From the NCBI GenBank assembly GCA_038254775.1, contig JBBSFV010000005.1, positions 31,076 through 95,075 on the forward strand: a stretch of 64,000 nt of DNA, in the 5' to 3' direction. The position numbers and the translations under genes were made by a program. Shown here piece by piece: positions 28,657 to 37,298 of the stretch. The stretch is from Terriglobales bacterium. Its GTDB lineage: Bacteria > Acidobacteriota > Terriglobia > Terriglobales > Acidobacteriaceae. The notes beneath the pieces were generated by a model, which saw only the letters and a program-made list of their open reading frames with translations, did no database searches and was not told the DNA's origin. How positions within the stretch are numbered: position 1 is the stretch's first letter; every line of letters starts with the position of its first letter.

Positions 28657-30381
28657 ATGAAGAGTAAATTTGATGCAAAACACTTCTTGGTGGCGATCCT
28701 TGCCACCACACTGGGCACAACAGCGTTTGCGCAGAATACACCCACCCAGAAAGATCAGCCCGCAAAGTTTAAAAGTGCCACTCGCCTGGTTCTAGTGCCA
28801 ACCTCGGTCGAGGACAAATCCGGACACTTCGCCGCTGGGCTCACAAAAGATAGCTTTAGCATTGAGGATAACGGGAAACCCCGCCAGGTCGCTATTTTTG
28901 AGGAGGTCCACGGCCAGGGTGGACGGTTCCAGAAAGAGATCCAGACCCCGGGGGTCTTCACCAATATGAATGCCACCGGCCCTCACAAGCTGACGATCAT
29001 TGCCCTGGACACAGCGAACAGCACACTCGCCGATCAGTCGCGCGCCCGCTCTGCGATGTTGAAGTTCCTGCAAAACAGCGTGACTGAGAACAACCCCACT
29101 TCTTTAGTTGTCGTGAGCCGTACCGGCACGCGCCTGCTGTTTGACTTTACCTCTGACCCCAGGATGCTGGCGGAAGCGCTGAAAAAGACCAAGGGCGAGA
29201 CCAATTCAAAAGAAGTTTCCGAGCCGCATCCCATGACTAGAGCCAATGACGGCAACGCGTCGCCCGTCACCGATGGAGGTCCGCAGTTTAACGCCAATGC
29301 GGACGCGCAAAACATCGCCACGAACCTGGATGCTTTCGCGCGCGGCGAGTTGAAGTACAGTGCATTTGAGCGGTACGACCGCAACTGGACGATCCTCGCC
29401 ACCCTTGAAAACCTGCAGCATCTGGCGCTCGCTTATGGCGGCATCCCCGGGCGCAAGGAGTTGATCTGGGTCACCGCCGGCTTCCCTTATTCGCTGGATG
29501 AGCCTGGAGCGATTGTGGACAAGCCGCTGGGTTCGGTATTCGACCGCACATTTGAGATGCTGAACCAGGCAAACATCGCCGTCTATCCCGTAGACCTGCG
29601 TGGTGTCTTGGTGAATCTATTTGCGGATATCTCCCGCTGCAATTCGTGCGGACGCAGCCTATCGGCGGGTAGCGCGGTCGACCCCGGTGCTGCCATCGAC
29701 CCCACCCTTTCCGACCGAGCGAATAACAATGCCACCCTTGAGACCTTTGCTGCCATGACCGGCGGCCGAGCATTTTTTAATCGCAATGATGTTGATAAGT
29801 CACTCCTCGAAGCGAGCAATGACGCTTCCTCTTATTACATGCTCGGCTTCTATGTCGGCTCTGATGAAAAACCAGGGTATCGCAAGCTCAAAGTCCGGGC
29901 TGCTAGAGGCGACCTGAAAGTCCGCGCGCGCTCTGGCTATTTTGTTAGCAAAAACCAACTCACTGCGGAGCAATCCAAGAACATGGACCTGCAGGATGCG
30001 CTCACTTCACCTTTGGAATTTACCGGGGTGCCCATGCGCCTGCAATGGGGCCCTGTCACAGATGGTGCTGAAACCAAGAAAGTGCAATTTATCCTCACTC
30101 TGCCGCCGAACTCTTTTACTCTCGACCAGGAAAATGGCAATGCGATCGACCTGGTGATCGCTGCAGTCGCGCGCGACGAAAAAGGTAATGATGTAGGCAA
30201 ACTCATGCAACCGCTCCAAGGCAGATTTAAGCCGGAAGCAATCGAAAAGCTCAAGCAGTCAGGGCTTCCTTATCCCAATGCGATCCCTCTCAAGCCCGGT
30301 AGATATATGGTCCGCTTCGTGGTCCGGGACAATACTTCGGGCAAGATAGGCAGCCTGATCCTCCCCCTAACGGTCACCTAA
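28657..30381 (+). CDS. VWA-domain protein with VWFA-related acidobacterial N-terminal domain
   Basis: Signal peptide from ATG 28657. FKSATRLVLVPTSVEDKSGHFAAGLTKDSFSIEDNGKPRQVAIFEE is the pattern I associate with TIGR03436-type proteins. Confidence 0.85.
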   Translation: MKSKFDAKHFLVAILATTLGTTAFAQNTPTQKDQPAKFKSATRLVLVPTSVEDKSGHFAAGLTKDSFSIEDNGKPRQVAIFEEVHGQGGRFQKEIQTPGVFTNMNATGPHKLTIIALDTANSTLADQSRARSAMLKFLQNSVTENNPTSLVVVSRTGTRLLFDFTSDPRMLAEALKKTKGETNSKEVSEPHPMTRANDGNASPVTDGGPQFNANADAQNIATNLDAFARGELKYSAFERYDRNWTILATLENLQHLALAYGGIPGRKELIWVTAGFPYSLDEPGAIVDKPLGSVFDRTFEMLNQANIAVYPVDLRGVLVNLFADISRCNSCGRSLSAGSAVDPGAAIDPTLSDRANNNATLETFAAMTGGRAFFNRNDVDKSLLEASNDASSYYMLGFYVGSDEKPGYRKLKVRAARGDLKVRARSGYFVSKNQLTAEQSKNMDLQDALTSPLEFTGVPMRLQWGPVTDGAETKKVQFILTLPPNSFTLDQENGNAIDLVIAAVARDEKGNDVGKLMQPLQGRFKPEAIEKLKQSGLPYPNAIPLKPGRYMVRFVVRDNTSGKIGSLILPLTVT

Positions 30382-30395
30382 GTCATTCAAAGACT

Positions 30396-30440
30396 GGCGC
30401 TTCCAGGCGTTCAAGATTGAATCTTGAGCGCCTTTTTCTT
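30396..30440 (+). terminator. Compound hairpin + T-run terminator after the VWA gene
   Basis: Outer stem GGCGC...GCGCC encloses inner stem TCAAGAT-TGA-ATCTTGA and is followed by TTTTTCTT. Confidence 0.5.
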
Positions 30441-30492
30441 CATCGAATATATTGACTTACAAGTCTCTTCCACCTACTGTGGAAGAAGTTCT

Positions 30493-30521
30493 TTGACATA
30501 TAGACCTGCCACAGGTCTATT
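30493..30521 (+). promoter_or_regulatory. Sigma70-type promoter of ssrA (TTGACA-17-TCTATT)
   Basis: The -35 TTGACA is at 30493-30498 and the -10 TCTATT at 30516-30521, 6 nt before the first G of the tmRNA. Confidence 0.45.
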
Positions 30522-30527
30522 CCGAAT

Positions 30528-30894
30528 GGGGGCGTCACGGCTTCGACGGAATCGCTTGCGGCAAAGAGGCATGTCGGGGTGCATTCACCCGAAATCGAGT
30601 GCAAAAGAAACAATTGCCGATACACAAATGGCATACGCTGCTTAATTAAATAAGTAGCCGTCCTCCGTAGCTACGCCTGCGGGTTATGGAAGGACGTCAT
30701 TAGCGGGCTGGTTCGTTGTCCTAAGCCAGGGGACAGCGGATAAGATTACGGGCTAGTCGCACGCGTTTCTTGCGGGTTCTGAGCGCGGACGGCGAACGTT
30801 GCCGGTGAAGGCCGGTAGCATGAACCTGCTAAGCATGTAGTCTCTTTGTCAGTAACTTTTTCGGACGCGGGTTCAACTCCCGCCGCCTCCACCA
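30528..30894 (+). ncRNA. ssrA: tmRNA (transfer-messenger RNA)
   Basis: The 5' end GGGGGCGTCACGGCTTCGACGG pairs with the 3' end CGCCTCC-ACCA, including the G3:U wobble. T-arm is GGGTTCAACTCCC. The tag ORF ends ...GCC GAT ACA CAA ATG GCA TAC GCT GCT TAA (ADTQMAYAA, stop 30643-30645). Confidence 0.95.
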
Positions 30895-30899
30895 ACTTA
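30871..30899 (+). repeat. attL core (GTTCAACTCCCGCCGCCTCCACCAACTTA)
   Basis: Identical 29-mer at 51670-51698, checked base by base; flanking bases differ on both sides. Confidence 0.9.
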
Positions 30900-30936
30900 A
30901 TTATTTTGTTTTCTTATATTTACAAGACATCAACAA

Positions 30937-30964
30937 ATGTTGTACCATTTCTGTACCGCTGATT
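30937..30964 (+). repeat. Arm-type repeat, left copy (ATGTTGTACCATTTCTGTACCGCTGATT)
   Basis: 26/28 identical to 51568-51595. It contains two TGTACC units 11 nt apart and lies 38 nt inside attL. Confidence 0.6.
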
Positions 30965-30985
30965 TAGGCGGCACAGAGGTGCGTC

Positions 30986-32206
30986 TTGGGCCTGTTCGTG
31001 TATACCCGCCATACCGTTGATTGCGAAAAGAAGTCCGACCGGTTCTCAAAGCGCTGTCGCTGCCCTAAATGGATTCGTGGCGTTTTGAACGGAAAACCAG
31101 TTCGTCAAAGCGCCGGCACACGAAGTTGGGAAAAAGCCGAAGACCAGCGAAGGTCTCTCGAGAATCACGCCGAGGAAGTGGAACGCGCCATCAGTGCGGG
31201 TGAGATCCCAAAGGCAAAGCAGGAATCAATCAGTATCGCGAATGCCGTCGCCCGGTTCCTAGCGAGCAAACGTAATGAGAATCTCGCGGAATCAACGCTC
31301 GACAAACTCGCAACAATCTTTTCAAAGCAGTTCTTAGGTTGGTCTACTTCAGCGGGACTGACTTTTCTCGGCGAGATCTCCACCGCTCACCTAGAAGCCC
31401 TCCGCGATACTTGGAAAGATGGCGCGCTTGCAAAAAAGAAAAAGCAAGAGCGCATCATTGGGTTCTTCTACTATGGCATGCGGCTAGGTTGGATCAAAGA
31501 GAATCCTGCAGTTCTCCTCGGTCGAATCAAGGCAGACGGTCCTCCGACCGACTACTTCCCTAAAGATGAATTCGATCACATCGTCGATACGACTCATGTC
31601 TACCAGCCTAAGGGTTGGACTGAATGTCGAAATCAAGCTACACGGCTTCGAATTCTCACGTTGCTGATGCGGTGGAGTGGTCTTGCTATTCGCGATGCGG
31701 TAACACTCGAGAGATGGCGCCTGAACGACAAGAATGAGCTCTTCCTTTATCGGGCGAAAACTGGGAATCCCGTCTACGTCCCGCTCCCCGATGGCATAGC
31801 CGAGGCATTGCGAAACATTCCTCCCGGTCCAAAGCCCAATCCTCGTTATTTCTTTTGGTCGGGTAATGGTTCACCCAAATCTCTCGTTGGAAACTGGCAA
31901 CGAAGTTTTCGTCGGCTGTTTGATCTGGCTAACATCACGCGAGAGGATGGCACTCGGAAGCGTTGTCATCCGCATATGCTTCGAGACACGTTCGCGGTTG
32001 AAATGCTTCTAGCAGGAGTACCGCTGGAGCAGGTTTCTTTACTGTTGGGACATAAGAGCGTGAAGATTACGGAGAAACATTATGCGCCATGGGTCAAAGC
32101 CCGACAGGAGCAGCTCGCTACTAATGTTCGTAAGGCTTGGGAAGTAATTGAGGCTGTCAACAAAGGATCAAAGCACAAGAAAATAGCCTCGGCCAAAAGC
32201 GCGTAG
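30986..32206 (+). CDS. Tyrosine recombinase / phage-type integrase
   Basis: Catalytic pattern GLAIRDA (R), HPHMLRDTFA (HxxR) and LLGHKSVKITEKHY (H...Y). It follows the tmRNA immediately. Confidence 0.92.
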   Translation: MGLFVYTRHTVDCEKKSDRFSKRCRCPKWIRGVLNGKPVRQSAGTRSWEKAEDQRRSLENHAEEVERAISAGEIPKAKQESISIANAVARFLASKRNENLAESTLDKLATIFSKQFLGWSTSAGLTFLGEISTAHLEALRDTWKDGALAKKKKQERIIGFFYYGMRLGWIKENPAVLLGRIKADGPPTDYFPKDEFDHIVDTTHVYQPKGWTECRNQATRLRILTLLMRWSGLAIRDAVTLERWRLNDKNELFLYRAKTGNPVYVPLPDGIAEALRNIPPGPKPNPRYFFWSGNGSPKSLVGNWQRSFRRLFDLANITREDGTRKRCHPHMLRDTFAVEMLLAGVPLEQVSLLLGHKSVKITEKHYAPWVKARQEQLATNVRKAWEVIEAVNKGSKHKKIASAKSA

Positions 32207-32212
32207 CTATCT

Positions 32213-32506
32213 TCAACTGGCCTTTCGCAGTTTACGGTGGACTCGCTGGAGGACGCTCTCTGGGATTCTCAGTGTGCGATAACCACGCTTATGCAGAGTC
32301 TCATCGCCGCCCCATTGGATAACGCCAGGCTCGTCTTCAAACATCCGACGAACCGTCTTTTCACTGAGGCACCAAAGTTTGGCGACCTCGGCTACGGAAT
32401 AGTGCTTCTCTCTTGCAAGGTCAACAGCCTGAAGCGCCGGCGCGACGACCGAACTCAACGAGCCGCCGCGAGACGACTCCACGGGCTTCCGTGCGAAGTC
32501 GGTCAT
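32213..32506 (-). CDS. Excisionase/AlpA-type helix-turn-helix DNA-binding protein
   Basis: YSVAEVAKLWCLSEKTVRRMFEDEPGV...LRIPESVLQRVHRKL, 97 aa, adjacent to the integrase. Confidence 0.75.
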   Translation of the reverse strand: MTDFARKPVESSRGGSLSSVVAPALQAVDLAREKHYSVAEVAKLWCLSEKTVRRMFEDEPGVIQWGGDETLHKRGYRTLRIPESVLQRVHRKLRKAS

Positions 32507-32532
32507 AAACTATGAACCTCAAATTTTCAGGT

Positions 32533-32551
32533 GCAGGTTCAGTGAACCTGC
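32533..32551. promoter_or_regulatory. 19-bp perfect palindrome GCAGGTTCA-G-TGAACCTGC upstream of the excisionase gene
   Basis: Perfect 9-1-9 inverted repeat about 27 nt upstream of the minus-strand xis start. Confidence 0.4.
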
Positions 32552-32757
32552 CAGAGCGACTTGAGAATAGTGCGGGAGTAGGGTGGAGTCCAAGACTTCT
32601 GGGAAATGGTGTGATAGCTGCGGTCTATCAAGGGCTCGAGTCGTGGATCGCCGACAACCCCGGCTCCTCAGCCGCTGGGACTCAAAATCGAACATTCGCC
32701 CTCTACCGCTGGTTCGAAGGCAGACGCGCCGATGTGGAAATCTAACTGGGAGGAATC

Positions 32758-32925
32758 ATGAAAGAGATCAAAGCGATCATCCAACCTTTCTTACTTTCGC
32801 ACGTTGTGCATGCTCTGCAGGAGATCCGGGATTGCCCGGCCTAACCGTGTCTCAAGTACGCGGATTCGCAGAAGCAAAGCTGCGGGATCTCCGGGAGCTT
32901 TCGAGGATCAGGGAGTGGAGTAGGT
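32758..32925 (+). pseudogene. P-II (GlnB-like) family protein remnant, frameshifted and truncated
   Basis: GGGAGGA RBS and ATG 32758, reading MKEIKAIIQPFLLSHVVHALQEI then a premature stop. The expected continuation [13 protein letters not shown] is in another frame, and the remnant is cut off by the antisense permease fragment. Confidence 0.6.
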
Positions 32926-33505
32926 AGCGATGCGCGAGAACAGCCAATGCCCTGCCATTGGCCTCCCCGCCGGCTTCAAACGCAGGGGGCTCAATCAGAA
33001 GAGTGGTCACCACACTGCTCGCAATGAGGTACACACTCATGATGAGTGCGGCGGCGAGTAGAAGCTTTTTGGCATTTCGAATCCGGTCACCACTTATGAG
33101 CGGCATCACCGCCACTCCGGTTTCAAATCCCGACCACCCGAGCGCAGGTTTGGGGAAAAGCAGAAGAGATATCCCCAGCATGGACCAAAAACTACCGTGC
33201 TGCTGCCAAAGGTGTCGCTTCCACCCGGCAATCAATTCAGGATGGCGACCCACCTCAACAACTCCCACACCGATGACCAGGGCGTTCAGGACTAAGTAAA
33301 CGGCGACCAGCACAACCGCGATTTTCACCGCCTCTTTGAAGCCCTTCAGAAAGATTGCCCCCAGAAACGCCAGAAAGATCAGGGTAAGTCCCACTTGATG
33401 GCGGAGCCAAAGCGGCACAAACGGGTTTTGAATGAGGTGAGCAGTACCATCGGCGGCTGACAGCGTGATCAGCTGACGCGAGGACCTTCGAAAGATGCCC
33501 GACAA
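32852..33505 (-). pseudogene. Internal fragment of a polytopic permease (APC/amino-acid-transporter-like)
   Basis: About 5 TM segments, including [52 protein letters not shown]...[14 protein letters not shown]. It lacks a credible N- and C-terminus, and its tail is antisense to the P-II remnant. Confidence 0.5.
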
Positions 33506-33544
33506 TAACTACGCCCAACCGGTATTTTCCCTATTACCCAATTG

Positions 33545-34418
33545 ATGCGCAATTCTCGGATTGCCCGCACATTGTTGGTGTTTTTAATGCTCACCTACAC
33601 CCTTCCAGCATTTGCGCAGCATCGACCATACTTCATCACCTATAACCATGAGATGGAGGAAGTAGGAAACCCTCGAGATTAACTCGATTAACGTGGTCGG
33701 ATCGCCGCGTCGGGGGAACACGTTCTGGGGATCCCAAGCCGAATTTGAGTATGGAGCTACTGGCTGGTGGAGCACCGCCCTATATCTCGATGGGCAGACG
33801 ACAGCCAAAGAGAGCGCCGTATTCACGGTCTACAGGTTCGAGAACCGTTTCCGCGTGCTACCAAAGGAGCACTGGATAAATCCAGTGCTGTATGTCGAGT
33901 TTGTCCACGTAAATGCGGCAGACAAATCGTTGCGTGAGATTGTCGGCCATGATGTGGAAGATGATTAAAGCGAACCGAATTCCATCACGCGCCGCGAAGT
34001 CGAGACAGAACTGGAATTGAAGCTGATTCTCTCCAGTCATTTGAAGGGCTGGAATATCTCCGAGAATTTCATCACAGAGAAGCCACTTGGGCACGAACCG
34101 TGGGAATTTGGCTACACGTTCGGCTTCAGCCGGCCGTTGGCCTTTGTACCTTCGGATAAGAAATGTTCATTTTGCAAGGAGAACATCCAGCTAGGAGCGG
34201 AATTCTATGGTGGCCTGGGAGATTCCGCAGATCTCAGCACGCACAACACGTCGCATTACATAGCACCAGTGTTTGCCTGGCAATTCGCTAAGAACACTAA
34301 TATGCGTGTCTCTCCAAGTTTTGGACTGAATGACCAGAGCCACCGCGTTCTCATGCGGTTCTCTCTTACTTATGAACTTGAGCGATTCGCTTCCAAAGTA
34401 AAGAAGGTATTCCGGTGA
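33545..34418 (+). pseudogene. Decayed paralog of the 53457-54317 secreted/outer-membrane-like protein
   Basis: Same signal peptide and the QHRPYF(I/V)TYN.EMEEVGN start. There is a +1 insertion near 33670 (AAC C CTC) and an in-frame TAA at 33966-33968. The rest is colinear (GATGWWS.ALYLDGQ, KSLREIVGHDVE, LKLILSSH.KGWN.SENFI.EKPL, LNDQSHR). Confidence 0.8.
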
Positions 34419-34815
34419 GGACGGTTATCCAAATGACGAATATATTTCTTATGATCTGCGCCATGGTGGCTGTCACCGCAATGGCAAGCGCAGATGGTGT
34501 CAAAGCAGAAAGGAGACTACTGACGCGTCAGGCACCCGCGAAGTACATTCGCATGCAGAACCCTTCTGCCAACGATGCAGAAGGATTCAAAGTGGGACAG
34601 CGGATTATATGTCGCGAAGTGCGCCCGCTGCCATGAAATGAAATGACGATGGCGAACGTCGTGGACCATCGCTGGAGGCACTCGAAATAAAAGACGCCTC
34701 ACCGGGCGCGTTGTATTGGGTTCTCGAGAAAGGGAGCAATGAAATGCCATCCTTTGCAAAGTTTCCCAGCAAGAATCGCTGGCAGGTAATCACATACCTG
34801 CAGCGCCGCCCATAA
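34415..34815 (+). pseudogene. Decayed cytochrome c (paralog of 54314-54706)
   Basis: CARCH heme motif and the tail ...SPGALYWVLEKGSNEMPSFAKFPSKNRWQVITYLQ are spread over three frames, so at least two frameshifts. The start overlaps the previous stop, as in the intact pair. Confidence 0.75.
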
Positions 34816-34887
34816 GTCTGTTCCAAGGCGTCTTCCGACGAGACCAACAAGTTCAAAGTCGCCAGCTTGGATATAATCATGCTCTAT

Positions 34888-35280
34888 ATGCGCGTGAGCG
34901 GTCGCAAATGCGTTGCTTTCTTGCTCCTACTGTGGGCGCTTTGCGATCTCACTGTACCGGGGTGGTGTGACGATCTAGTTCCCCCGATGACGCAATCGGC
35001 GATTGAAAGTTCTTCGGTTGCGGTTTCTGCAAGTACGGAGACTCCCGTCGCTCGCGACGCGGCGTCGTCGTTGCTGCCAGTGTGGAATGTATCGCACCAG
35101 GCGCCGTCCCCAGGCTTCGACGATTGCGACTGCTTCACGTGCACTGCAAGCACTCCTACACCGGTGTTTTCTCCTGCCGTGCCTTTATGGTTCACCATGG
35201 TCGAGCCGGTCCTGTCGCAAGGCCGGGAATTAGAGTTCAGCTCCATCTTTTATCACCCTCCGCGCACGCGCCTAATCTGA
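34888..35280 (+). CDS. Small Cys-rich membrane/secreted protein upstream of the ECF-sigma/czc module (possible anti-sigma or metal sensor)
   Basis: MRVSGRKCVAFLLLLWALCDLTVPGWCDD, a DDCDCFTC cluster, and a C-terminal YHPPR. No family assignment. Confidence 0.45.
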   Translation: MRVSGRKCVAFLLLLWALCDLTVPGWCDDLVPPMTQSAIESSSVAVSASTETPVARDAASSLLPVWNVSHQAPSPGFDDCDCFTCTASTPTPVFSPAVPLWFTMVEPVLSQGRELEFSSIFYHPPRTRLI

Positions 35281-35378
35281 GCGTTCTTAGTGGCAAGGAG
35301 CTACATTTCCTTTGCCTCTTGGAATTCATTTCCAGTTCTGATTACTGGAATTAACGCCTATGTGGCTAGGCAGGCGCA

Positions 35379-37298
35379 ATGTTTGCATTTCATAAGATGA
35401 GCGGGATAGAGGACCTCTATGGTCGCTGGAAATCCATTGTTTTTCGTTTCTGTCTTTTGTTTTTGGGTGATGAAGAAACAGCGAGCGATGGCACACTCCA
35501 TGCATTTCTTCAATACGCCAGAGCTTCGCAAGACTATCGCTGCCCTTGGTCTGTTCCGCCGTTGCTTCTGCGGTTTGTCGATGAAGCCGCCGTGGAACGG
35601 GTCAGCACGAGCAAGAGTTCTTCTCCATCAAGCCCGCTCGCATACGAGCTTCTTCAGCTTCCGAACGATGAGCGTGCCGTTTTCATCCTTCGGTCTGCCT
35701 TGCAATTGAGTGCTGAAAAGACTGCCAAAATCTTCGGTGTGAATGTCGAGCGCGTGCGCGAATTGTGGATTGCGTCTCTCCTTGCACTTAAGGACAGCAC
35801 TACCTGCAACGTTCCTACGAGGAGATCGAGTGCAATGAGAAGGATGATTCCGCGCGCGCCTGCTAATCCCCCTTCTGCAGAACCACTTCTTCCCAATTCG
35901 GTTCAAGCCACGGAAGGACCTTACCTTGTGAAGCGAAAGCTCATCTTTGCTGCGCTTGTATCTCTCATGGTATTCACGAGCGGCTGTACCGCCTACCGGC
36001 ACAAACCGATCGTCGACCGCCAAGTACTGCGCGAACTTCAAGTTATCCGGCTGGAGTCATTGGGGCCCGCAGCGCCTTCAATCGCCAACTCGAATGGGCT
36101 TTCGCAGCAGGATGCTGTCGCAGTGGCCTTATATCTAATCCCCTCAATCCGGTCGTTTCGCAAAGAACGCGGAATAGCTGAAGGGGAGCTGGTCTCGGCC
36201 CGGCTGCTGCCCAATCCGGAGATACAGGTAAGCATTCTGGCCACGTTGGCGAATCCAATTGCAATTGGATCGAGCGCGCTTTCCGCCGCTGTGAGTCCCT
36301 TTCGTCCCGGAGAGCGCGATGTAAGAACCGCTCGCGCACATGCCAGGATTGAAGAAGTCAGGTATCACATTTCCGCCGAGGAATGGAAACTTGCCGCCGA
36401 TGTAAAAAAGACTTACCTGACGGTGTGGGCGCTGCAAGAACAGGCAAACATTGACGAAACATCCGTCCGGCTGCAAGAACGTATTCGGAAGTTGTTTCAT
36501 GACAAAAAAGAGTTGGGTGATGCGAGCCGTCTCGACCTCAACCTTGTCAATCTTGAATATGCGCAAACCTTGCGGCAGCGCGAGGTAACTGCAGGAGCTT
36601 TAGAACGCGCAAGACAGGAATTGCGAAGGTTGTTGGGATTGCCGCCGCTCTATGACTTGGCGCTCAAAGCTGATCCCGATCCACTGGCCTACAGAGCATT
36701 CAGGTTGAATGAGAGCGATCTGGAATCGTTGATGATTGAACGCCGGCCGCAACTCGCCAGCGCCAAACAGGAATACGAACAGGCAGAACAGAATCTGAGA
36801 ATCGCTTATATCCAGCGGATTCCGTGGTTCCGCCTAGGGCCGAGTTACGAGCAGGAAAGTGGTGGAGGAGAAGGCACTACCAACCGCCTCGGGGCTGGAT
36901 TAGGTCTTGATCTTCCCATCCTCAATCACAACCAGGGGATCATTGCTTCTCAAGAGGCGCTGAGGGACAAGCTGAAAGAGGGTTTTACCGCGCAGGTGCA
37001 CTCTGCGCGCGCCGATCTGAACGAGGCTGTTCGAAATCTGCGCGCTCAGGAGAGGTTGATTCGACTTTACGAAACTTCCATTCGTCCTGCGCTGGAAGAA
37101 AATGCGGAACTTACTGAGGCTGGAATCCAAGTGGGCGAATTCAATTTGCTTCAACTGATCACTACACAAGACAAGGTTTTGAAAAGCCGCAAAGAGTTCG
37201 TAGACGCAGAATTGGAGTACTGGAAGGCTGTCATAGACCTTGAATCTGCGATTGGAGCTCCTATCACCGATATAGAAGGGCGAGGTCCAAAGCCATGA
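35379..37298 (+). CDS. ECF sigma-like N-terminal region in frame with a CzcC/TolC-family outer-membrane efflux lipoprotein
   Basis: Residues 1-145 show sigma70 region 2-like (EDLYGRWKSIVFRFCLLFLGDEETASDGTLHAFL) and region 4 HTH (LPNDERAVFILRSALQLSAEKTAKIFGVNVERVRELW) patterns. They are followed, with no stop codon, by a lipoprotein signal (VKRKLIFAALVSLMVFTSGC) and a TolC-like two-repeat body. Confidence 0.7.
   Translation: MFAFHKMSGIEDLYGRWKSIVFRFCLLFLGDEETASDGTLHAFLQYARASQDYRCPWSVPPLLLRFVDEAAVERVSTSKSSSPSSPLAYELLQLPNDERAVFILRSALQLSAEKTAKIFGVNVERVRELWIASLLALKDSTTCNVPTRRSSAMRRMIPRAPANPPSAEPLLPNSVQATEGPYLVKRKLIFAALVSLMVFTSGCTAYRHKPIVDRQVLRELQVIRLESLGPAAPSIANSNGLSQQDAVAVALYLIPSIRSFRKERGIAEGELVSARLLPNPEIQVSILATLANPIAIGSSALSAAVSPFRPGERDVRTARAHARIEEVRYHISAEEWKLAADVKKTYLTVWALQEQANIDETSVRLQERIRKLFHDKKELGDASRLDLNLVNLEYAQTLRQREVTAGALERARQELRRLLGLPPLYDLALKADPDPLAYRAFRLNESDLESLMIERRPQLASAKQEYEQAEQNLRIAYIQRIPWFRLGPSYEQESGGGEGTTNRLGAGLGLDLPILNHNQGIIASQEALRDKLKEGFTAQVHSARADLNEAVRNLRAQERLIRLYETSIRPALEENAELTEAGIQVGEFNLLQLITTQDKVLKSRKEFVDAELEYWKAVIDLESAIGAPITDIEGRGPKP

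Noticed and set aside
30424-30645. ORFs of 73 aa (+) and 64 aa (-) across 30424-30645
   Set aside because: They lie on the tmRNA gene and its promoter. The RNA assignment is unambiguous.
32512-32745. 77-aa plus-strand ORF between the excisionase and the P-II remnant
   Set aside because: It has no motif and no RBS, and it sits in a region full of gene debris. It is likely non-coding or another unrecognisable fragment.
33584-33826. 80-aa minus-strand ORF
   Set aside because: It is antisense to the decayed OM-protein paralog, whose plus-strand homology to 53457-54317 is obvious.
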